This document shows positions 46,335-53,071 of a DNA stretch of 64,000 bases, piece after piece; within the stretch, counting starts at the first letter, position 1, and every line of letters starts with the position of its first letter. Where the stretch lies: the NCBI GenBank assembly GCA_003354135.1, contig PIVK01000004.1:31187-95186 (forward strand), in the 5' to 3' direction. The notes below the pieces were generated by a model. The model was not told the DNA's origin. It did not search any database and worked only from the letters and a program-made list of their open reading frames with translations. The translations under genes and the position numbers were made by a program. The stretch comes from Rhodospirillales bacterium. Lineage in GTDB: Bacteria; Pseudomonadota; Alphaproteobacteria; Rhodospirillales; GLO-3.

Positions 46335-47347
46335 TTCTTCTTCGCCCGGCTGGCCGGGGCCTTCTTCTTCGCCGCTGTCTTCTTGGCCGGGGCTTTCTTT
46401 GTCGGGGCCTTGGCCGCGACCTTCTTCCCGAGGTCCTTTTTTGCCTTTGCAGCGTCCTTCTTGTTGGCTTCCTTCTCAGGCTCGGTCTCGCCGTAAAGCT
46501 GATAGTCGTCACCGATAACGTTGGTCAGACGGTCGTTCACCGCCTCAAGGAAGGTCGGCTTCTGCTTCTCGACGAACTTGCCCATGATGATCTTGCCCTG
46601 GAAGTCGATATCGGTTTCCCGCGTATCGATACCGTGCTTGATCTCGGCGTTGTCGTGGTAGTACTGCAGCGCCTTGACGCCGTCACCCAGCCTGTTGCGG
46701 CGCAGATAGAGCGTCGTGCAGGGCGTGATGACTTCGACAAAGGAGAAGCCCTTGTGGTTCAGCGCCTCCTGGATCGACGTTGTGATGCGACGCGCGTGCA
46801 GCGAGGTCCAGCGGGCCACGTAGGTCGCGCCGCAGGCGTCCGCCAGGAACGGTAAGCTGAACGGGTATTCATAGTTACCGTAGGGTGTCGTCGATGCGTT
46901 GGCCGTAATAGGCGTGGTCGGAGTCAACTGGCCGCCCGTCATGCCGTAGGTGAAGTTGTTCACGCAGATGACGGTGATGTCCATATTGCGGCGCGCGGCG
47001 TGGATGAAGTGGTTGCCGCCGATGCCGGTCAGGTCGCCATCGCCGGAGACCACCACGACCTTCATGCCGGGGTTGGCCAGCTTGAGTCCGGTTGCCAAGG
47101 GAATGGCGCGGCCGTGCGTCGCGTGGATCGAGTCCATCTTGACGTAGCCCGCGACACGGCCGGTGCAGCCGATGCCGGATACGACGGCCACGTTGTCAAG
47201 GTCCATCTCGTTGCGCTTCAGCGCCTCGGCGAACGAGGTGACGACCGTTCCAATGCCGCAGCCGGGGCACCAGATGTGGGGCATCCTTTCCATACGAAGG
47301 AAGCCGGCCATGGGGTTTTCAGTTGCGAAGCGGGATTCGTCGCTCAT
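46331..47347 (-). CDS. 2-oxoacid:ferredoxin oxidoreductase beta subunit (TPP-binding) with a Lys/Ala-rich C-terminal tail
   Basis: Contains WCPGCGIG and the TPP motif SGDGDLTGIGGNHF...NN. The last 46 residues contain 18 Lys and 14 Ala. Confidence 0.85.
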   Translation of the reverse strand: MSDESRFATENPMAGFLRMERMPHIWCPGCGIGTVVTSFAEALKRNEMDLDNVAVVSGIGCTGRVAGYVKMDSIHATHGRAIPLATGLKLANPGMKVVVVSGDGDLTGIGGNHFIHAARRNMDITVICVNNFTYGMTGGQLTPTTPITANASTTPYGNYEYPFSLPFLADACGATYVARWTSLHARRITTSIQEALNHKGFSFVEVITPCTTLYLRRNRLGDGVKALQYYHDNAEIKHGIDTRETDIDFQGKIIMGKFVEKQKPTFLEAVNDRLTNVIGDDYQLYGETEPEKEANKKDAAKAKKDLGKKVAAKAPTKKAPAKKTAAKKKAPASRAKKK

Positions 47348-48480
47348 TTTGCTGCCTCCTCAATGGCGGCCAGGATGACATTGGGATCATGGACGGCACC
47401 ACCGCAATGGGGAACGCTGATCACCTTGCACTGACCGCCCACGATGCGCTCCACTTCGAGGACCATCTGTCCGTAGTTGATTTCGGGCATGATGATCGCC
47501 TTGACGTTCTTGGCGATTTTGCGCACCTGGTTTTCGGCGAAGGGCCAGCAGGTGATAAGCCGCATGGCGCCCACCTTTAGACCCTTCCTGCGCGCATCCT
47601 GAACCGCTTTAACGGCGATACGCGACGTGATGCCGTAGGAGATGACGACCACCTCCGCGCCATCGATCTGATCCTCCTCGACACGAACGATCTTGTCGCG
47701 GTTACCGTCGATCTTCTCGATCATGTGGGTAACCACGATCTCGTTCTGCTTCGGATCCATCAACGGATAGCCGCGTTCGTCGTGGGTCAGGCCGGTGATG
47801 TGGAAACGGTACCCCTCGCCCGCCTTGACCATCGGGGCCGGAACTCGGTCCTTCTCGAAGCGGTAGGGCAGGTATTTGTCCTTGGGACCGGTGTACCAAT
47901 TGCGCTCGACGACCTCGATATCCTTGGCCTCGGGGATGTCCACGCGCTCGTGCATGTGGCCGACCGTCTCGTCGGTCATGATGAAGACCGGCACGCGGTA
48001 GGTCTCCGACAGGTTGAAGGCCTCGACGGCAAGGTCAAAACACTCCTGCGGGCTGTCGGGCGAAAGCGCGATCACGCGGTAGTCACCGTGCGACCCCCAG
48101 CGGGCCTGCATCATGTCCTGCTGCGCGGTCTGCGTCGGCAGGCCGGTCGAAGGACCGCAACGCTGCACGTTGGCAATAACCATCGGAGTCTCGGTCATGG
48201 CGGCCAAGCCGATGTTCTCCATCATCAGCGAGAAACCGGGACCCGAGGTCACGGTCATGACCTTGCGACCGCCCCAGGCGGCGCCGATAAGGGCCGCGAC
48301 CGAAGCGATCTCGTCCTCCATCTGGATAAACAGGCCACCCGCTTCGGGGCAGCGCTCGGCAAACCGTTCGGCGGTTTCGGTGGAGGGAGTAATGGGGTAT
48401 CCGGCAAAGAAACGACACCCCGCAGCGAGGGCTCCTTCGGCAAGGGCATGGTCTCCGTCGAGGAAATGGGACCCCGACAT
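47344..48480 (-). CDS. 2-oxoacid:ferredoxin oxidoreductase alpha subunit
   Basis: Contains FFAGYPITPSTE and GPSTGLPT. I preferred ATG 48480 (GAAGGG upstream). The alternative, ATG 48534, would add a basic 18-aa extension and overlap the delta gene. Confidence 0.85.
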   Translation of the reverse strand: MSGSHFLDGDHALAEGALAAGCRFFAGYPITPSTETAERFAERCPEAGGLFIQMEDEIASVAALIGAAWGGRKVMTVTSGPGFSLMMENIGLAAMTETPMVIANVQRCGPSTGLPTQTAQQDMMQARWGSHGDYRVIALSPDSPQECFDLAVEAFNLSETYRVPVFIMTDETVGHMHERVDIPEAKDIEVVERNWYTGPKDKYLPYRFEKDRVPAPMVKAGEGYRFHITGLTHDERGYPLMDPKQNEIVVTHMIEKIDGNRDKIVRVEEDQIDGAEVVVISYGITSRIAVKAVQDARRKGLKVGAMRLITCWPFAENQVRKIAKNVKAIIMPEINYGQMVLEVERIVGGQCKVISVPHCGGAVHDPNVILAAIEEAAK

Positions 48481-48505
48481 TACGCCCTTCGGATCTGCGG
48501 CGACT

Positions 48506-48760
48506 TTACGCACTTTGCTTCTCCTCTTCGTCATACGTCACGTAAATCGCGAATTCAGGGCAAACGATTTCGCAGAAATGACAGTTGCGACACTGATCGG
48601 CAGTCTTCACATAAGGGGGGTGATACCCCTTCTTGTTGTAATCTGGAGATATCTCCAGGACGTTGGTCGGGCAATATTCGACGCAGAAGCCGCAGCCCTT
48701 ACACCAATCATTTTTGATGTGAACCTCGCCAAGTGCCGGTTTGATTTTCCCGAAGAACAT
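48506..48760 (-). CDS. 2-oxoacid:ferredoxin oxidoreductase delta subunit (2 x [4Fe-4S] ferredoxin)
   Basis: Contains CKGCGFCVEYCP and CRNCHFCEIVCP. ATG 48760 is preceded by GAGGAG. Confidence 0.8.
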   Translation of the reverse strand: MFFGKIKPALGEVHIKNDWCKGCGFCVEYCPTNVLEISPDYNKKGYHPPYVKTADQCRNCHFCEIVCPEFAIYVTYDEEEKQSA

Positions 48761-48770
48761 AGCTTTCTCC

Positions 48771-49652
48771 TCAGAGCAGACCTTTGTCTGCCAAGACGGG
48801 TTTCGGGTCGATGTGGTGGAGATCCAAGCGCAGGTCCTCCTCGTCCGAGCAGCCAAGCGCCAAGGCCATCAACTGCGTGAAATAGACAACGGGCATGTTC
48901 TTGAAATCCGGGAAAAGTTCCCGGGTCTGCTCCTGACGGTTATCCAAATTGAAGGCGCACAGCGGGCAACTGACGGCAACGATGTCGGCTCCCTGGGAGC
49001 TGGCGTTACCAACGATCTTGTTAGTCTGTTCGGCCACGATCCCGGGCTTGTCGACCGTTTGATAGGACGCGCAGCACTCGGTCTTCATCGCGAAATCGAC
49101 CGGGGTTCCGCCCAGGGCCGTCACCAGGTCTTCCATGATGGTCGGATTTTCGGTGTCGTCGATGGCCGCTTCCTGCGGACGTACCAGCATGCAGCCGTAG
49201 TAGCAGGCGACTTTGAGTCCTTCGAGGGGCTTCTCGACCCTTGCTGCGATGTCCTTGAACCCGAACTCGTCACGCAGGAACTCAAGCAAGTGAAAAACGT
49301 TGACGTCGCCCTCGTAATCCACGTCCTCAAGGTACATGAAGTCGTTGAGCCGATCCTTCGCCTCGTTGTCCCGCTTCACATGCTCGTTGGCCCTTTTGAG
49401 GGTGTTGTAGCACATGGAGCAGACCGTCATGAGTTGGTCGGTGCCCGCTTCCTTGGCCCGGATCAAATTGCGGACCGGAGCCATGCGATTCATCAGGTTG
49501 TCGGAGGTGAGCGAGTGGACGGTGCCGCAGCAGTTCCACCGCGTAAGCTCCTCGACCTCGACGCCCAAGCGCTCCATGGCCGAAAACGTCGAGTCATCGA
49601 AGTTTTTGGCATGGTTCTTAAGCGTACAACCGGGATAGTAGCTAAGCTTCAT
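48771..49652 (-). CDS. HdrB-like protein with two CCG (Cys-rich) domains (also the SdhE / TfrB C-terminal type)
   Basis: Contains YYPGCTLKN...NCCGTV and YYGCMLVRP...ECCASY. I placed the start at ATG 49652, inside the longer ORF. Confidence 0.75.
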   Translation of the reverse strand: MKLSYYPGCTLKNHAKNFDDSTFSAMERLGVEVEELTRWNCCGTVHSLTSDNLMNRMAPVRNLIRAKEAGTDQLMTVCSMCYNTLKRANEHVKRDNEAKDRLNDFMYLEDVDYEGDVNVFHLLEFLRDEFGFKDIAARVEKPLEGLKVACYYGCMLVRPQEAAIDDTENPTIMEDLVTALGGTPVDFAMKTECCASYQTVDKPGIVAEQTNKIVGNASSQGADIVAVSCPLCAFNLDNRQEQTRELFPDFKNMPVVYFTQLMALALGCSDEEDLRLDLHHIDPKPVLADKGLL

Positions 49653-49678
49653 CACTACTTCTTCTTCTACCGTGTAAT

Positions 49679-49937
49679 ACCAAGGTGCGGTGATAATGAC
49701 CCATAGAGACGGCTTCCCCTGATTTTTGGCTAGGAGCGCGCATCGAAGCGATGTGAGGCATCGGGAGATGCGTGCGACGCGATCCAAAAGTCAGGGGAAA
49801 CCGCCGTTCCGGTCGCTTATACAGCCCGTCGGAGGGCGTCGGGAAGCCTTGACGATGCGCCGCATCGCCTGCGTCTTTCCTCCTACCCGACGGGCTGTAT
49901 AAGTGATCTCTATGGGTCATTATCACCGCACCTTGGT
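49679..49937. repeat. 259-bp nested-palindrome element with perfect 31-bp terminal inverted repeats (MITE-like element or structured intercistronic RNA)
   Basis: 49679-49709 is the exact reverse complement of 49907-49937. The inner stems are 49710-49729 with 49784-49803 (20 bp, 1 mismatch and 1 G-T) and 49816-49832 with 49887-49903 (17 bp, perfect). Confidence 0.9.
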
Positions 49938-50270
49938 TAACCTACATCCTTCAGCGGGAGGAGACGGCAGGGTTAAAATGAGACAGCGGCGCCCGATCAA
50001 TGCTCTTCGGCAGTGTGCAACGAATAAATTACTCCGTTACATCGCCGAGATAATTACGGACAGTTGTTCTTGAATTAGTATTCAAAAACGAACTTGATGC
50101 CCTAGCCCCAGTCTCCCATACCTTCTTTTTCTACAACCACTTTCCTCCCTTGAAAAGCAGCCGACTTAGTCTCTTTTACATTGGCTTCCCTTTTACGGGA
50201 GGCCGGTTGTATTATTGAGGACGTCCGACGAGACGAACAACCCCGGGTATAACTGTCTCACGGTCGCGCA

Positions 50271-50675
50271 TCAGGAGGTAAACTTCCTCATGGCGCTGAT
50301 CAACGCGATCGGCGGCAGGTTCTCGCCCGGGTTGGGCAGTTCCTGAACCACCAAGTGATCCTTTCTCTGGCGCAAGTTGATCTGACGCAAGGCCTCGATG
50401 GTGCCGGCGATGTTGACGCCCTTAGGGCACCGACTGTCGCAAGTGAGGCACGAGACGCAAAGCCAGATGGCCTTGGAATTCAGCAGCTGATCCTGCATGC
50501 CGAGCTGAGAAAGGCGGATAATCTGGTTGGGCAAGATGTCCATATGGGGCCCCATCGGACACCCGGCGGAACAGTTGCCGCACTGGTAACAGGCCAGAAG
50601 ATTCTGGTCGGCCAGTTTCTCGACCTTCGAGACAAACTCCGTCGAGGCCTTCGTGGGGGAGATGCTTACATGCAC
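50271..50675 (-). CDS. HdrC-like 4Fe-4S dicluster protein
   Basis: Contains CYQCGNCSAGCP and CVSCLTCDSRCP. GTG 50675 has GAGGGAAGGA 8 nt upstream. The longer ORF to 50912 would overlap the upstream gene. Confidence 0.7.
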   Translation of the reverse strand: MHVSISPTKASTEFVSKVEKLADQNLLACYQCGNCSAGCPMGPHMDILPNQIIRLSQLGMQDQLLNSKAIWLCVSCLTCDSRCPKGVNIAGTIEALRQINLRQRKDHLVVQELPNPGENLPPIALISAMRKFTS

Positions 50676-50691
50676 GGTCGCTGTCCTTCCC

Positions 50692-51228
50692 TCAGGCGTT
50701 TTCCATGTTCGGCGTGAAGTCGCCCATGTCGACCCACACACCCATGTTCTCGACACTATCCATCTGGCTCTGGAGAAGGTCGTAGTGAAATCTCTCCTCG
50801 TCAGCCAGCTTCTCGGCGTACTCGCGGACCTTGGGGTCCTTGGTGCGCTGGATAAGGTTTTCAAAATTGGCAATGGCGCGGCGTTCCATATCCATGGCGA
50901 TGCGGAGCGCATCGGAATCGCCGGCCAGTTCTCCCTTCTTGCGCTTGCGTACGGCTTCGTCGAGTTCGTCGACCAACCCGGAACGTCCGCCCTTGGCCTT
51001 CACCTCTTCCACGATAACCTTCCAGCCCTCGTTGCCGACGATGGGGGCGAAGATGCAGCCCAACTCGTCGGTATGCCCAGCCTCTTCCTTGGAGAGACGT
51101 TCGAACATGGCCTTGCCGTCGCGGTTTTCCGTCACGGCAGCGGCGCGCTTATAGAACTTCTCACCGTTGATCTCCAGGTCGACGGCCTCGCGGATAAGAG
51201 CGAGAATTTGTTCATCGATCTGCGTCAT
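50692..51228 (-). CDS. Ferritin-like diiron protein (rubrerythrin family without a rubredoxin domain; erythrin-like)
   Basis: Two E...ExxH pairs are present: EINGEKFY with EEAGH, and MERRAIANF with EERFH. Confidence 0.65.
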   Translation of the reverse strand: MTQIDEQILALIREAVDLEINGEKFYKRAAAVTENRDGKAMFERLSKEEAGHTDELGCIFAPIVGNEGWKVIVEEVKAKGGRSGLVDELDEAVRKRKKGELAGDSDALRIAMDMERRAIANFENLIQRTKDPKVREYAEKLADEERFHYDLLQSQMDSVENMGVWVDMGDFTPNMENA

Positions 51229-51260
51229 CTACCATCTCCACCCGTTCGAGTCGCAAGCCG

Positions 51261-52976
51261 TCAGCCAGACATCTTCTTCGGTGCAACCCCACCACCCAAC
51301 ATGCCGGTGCTGGCCGGCATCTGGTTGCAGCGCGCATGGCGGCGTGCCTTGACGTCTTCCGGCGCGTATGACGGCAAGAGAACCGGGGTCACCAGATCGG
51401 TCTTGATCTTGGCCTTTTTGATCTCGGCGTCGTACTTGGCGACGTGCTCGAGGCTGAGCGACTTGCCCAGCTTCGCCTTCTTGACGTACTCGCTGGTATA
51501 GATTCCGGCGCGGCGACCGAACACGTTGTAATCCAACACCGAATTACCCATAAGGCGGTTGCGTCCGTGCAGACCGCCGGTCGCCTCACCAGCCACGAAC
51601 AGGCCCGGAATGTCGGTCTCGCAACGCTCGTTGATCTCGATGCCGCCGTTCTGGTAGTGCAGCGACGGGTAGATCAGCATCGGCAACTCGGTGATGTCCA
51701 TTCCGTAGTTGATGTACTGGCGGTACATGGCCGGGAACTGGTGGGCCACATAACCCTCGCCGTGGATGGAATCGATCAGCGGGCTGTCCAGCCACACGCC
51801 GAGCCGCCCTGAAGGCGTTTCGATGCCGCCACCGTTTTGCAGACATTCGCGGATGATGGCCGAGGCCTCGATGTCGCGCGGCTCGCGCGGGAACACGAAC
51901 AGCTCTCCGTCCTTGTCCAGCGGCTGGCCGCCGGCACCACGGATCTTCTCGGTGATAAGGAAGCCTGCGATCTGCTCCGGGAAAACGGCGCCCGTCGGGT
52001 GGTACTGGACCGAGTCCATGTACATGAGCTTGGCTCCGGCCCGGTAGGCCATGACCAAGCCGTCACCCGTCGCACCATAGTGGTTGGTGGTGTCGAAACC
52101 GCGAATATGCAGCCGCCCGAAGCCGCCGGTGGCAACCAGGGTGGCCTTCGCCTTGACGGTGACGAACTCTTCCGTGTCGAGGTCGTAAAGCACGGCACCA
52201 GCACACTGGCCCTTGTTGTCGAGGATCAGCTCGACCGCCGGCATGAATTCGCGCACGGTGATCTTATCGGGGTTGTTGTGGACCTCGTCCATCAGGGAAC
52301 GCATGATGATGGCGCCCGTGTAGTCGCGGGACGACAGCATACGCTTGCGCGACGTGCCGCCGCCATGCAGCACCTGCAGCGAGCCATCCTCTTCCTTGTC
52401 CCAGATGACGCCCAGATCCTCAAGAGCCTTGACCACCTCGGGCCCATCCTCGGTGAGGGCCCGGACCAGTTCCGGCTTGTTCTCGAAGTGGCCACCGCCG
52501 ATGGCATCCAAGTAGTGGTGGGTTGGCGAGTCAGTGGAAGAGACCGCCGCCTGCATGCCGCCCTGCGACATCATGGAATTGGCGTCGCCCATGCGCAGCT
52601 TGGTGGCAATCAGCGACTTGACGCCGTTCTGCATGGCGACGATGGCCGCCTGGCAGCCGGCGCCGCCGCCGCCGATGATCAAGAGATCGGTCTCGTAGTC
52701 CGGCTTCTTGAGGTCGAACTTCTTGGCGTCGACCCAGGAATGGGACTCGAGCATATCCGCAACCTCGGTAGTCAGAGTCTCGCCCTTGTTGGGACCGACC
52801 CGGACCTTGCAGCGCGCATCCTTCTTAAAATCGGGATGAAAACCCTTAAGAACGTCCGCGCGCTCTTCGGCGGTCATCGGCGGATAGACGGGATCGGGCT
52901 TCTTGGCCAGTTCTAAACGCCTGGGCCTAGTCTGCTCAACCTTCTTCAGCGAAGTCGACATATAATCTGGATACAT
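51261..52976 (-). CDS. Fumarate reductase / succinate dehydrogenase flavoprotein-family subunit (soluble type, predicted non-covalent FAD)
   Basis: Contains the FAD site LLIIGGGGAGCQAA. NSMMSQGG stands where the histidyl-FAD enzymes have HTVAAQGG. There is an N-terminal extension of about 95 aa. ATG 52976 is preceded by GGGAGG. Confidence 0.75.
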   Translation of the reverse strand: MYPDYMSTSLKKVEQTRPRRLELAKKPDPVYPPMTAEERADVLKGFHPDFKKDARCKVRVGPNKGETLTTEVADMLESHSWVDAKKFDLKKPDYETDLLIIGGGGAGCQAAIVAMQNGVKSLIATKLRMGDANSMMSQGGMQAAVSSTDSPTHHYLDAIGGGHFENKPELVRALTEDGPEVVKALEDLGVIWDKEEDGSLQVLHGGGTSRKRMLSSRDYTGAIIMRSLMDEVHNNPDKITVREFMPAVELILDNKGQCAGAVLYDLDTEEFVTVKAKATLVATGGFGRLHIRGFDTTNHYGATGDGLVMAYRAGAKLMYMDSVQYHPTGAVFPEQIAGFLITEKIRGAGGQPLDKDGELFVFPREPRDIEASAIIRECLQNGGGIETPSGRLGVWLDSPLIDSIHGEGYVAHQFPAMYRQYINYGMDITELPMLIYPSLHYQNGGIEINERCETDIPGLFVAGEATGGLHGRNRLMGNSVLDYNVFGRRAGIYTSEYVKKAKLGKSLSLEHVAKYDAEIKKAKIKTDLVTPVLLPSYAPEDVKARRHARCNQMPASTGMLGGGVAPKKMSG

Positions 52977-53071
52977 ATGCGCCTCCCACAACGCGCTAAT
53001 CGATTCCGTAGGACGGATGGGCCGCCCCTGTGGTGTCTTCCTGTTCGTTTAAGCTCTTGCCGGCCGGGAAC

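Noticed and set aside
45777-48760. Assigning the four-subunit oxidoreductase specifically as 2-oxoglutarate (Kor) rather than pyruvate (Por) type.
   Set aside because: The subunit motifs are shared by both specificities. Context (ACL and fumarate reductase) favours 2-oxoglutarate, but the sequence I can read does not decide it, so no gene symbols were given.
49642-49926. 94-aa minus-strand ORF covering the nested-palindrome element.
   Set aside because: The reading frame is a by-product of the palindromic sequence. There is no ribosome-binding site, the composition is Arg/Pro/Ser/His-rich, and it overlaps the hdrB-like start.
49677-49940. Target-site duplication (for example TA) flanking the 259-bp element, as expected for a MITE.
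   Set aside because: The flanks read ...GTAAT | element | TAACC.... No unambiguous duplicated di- to octanucleotide was found, so mobility stays unproven.
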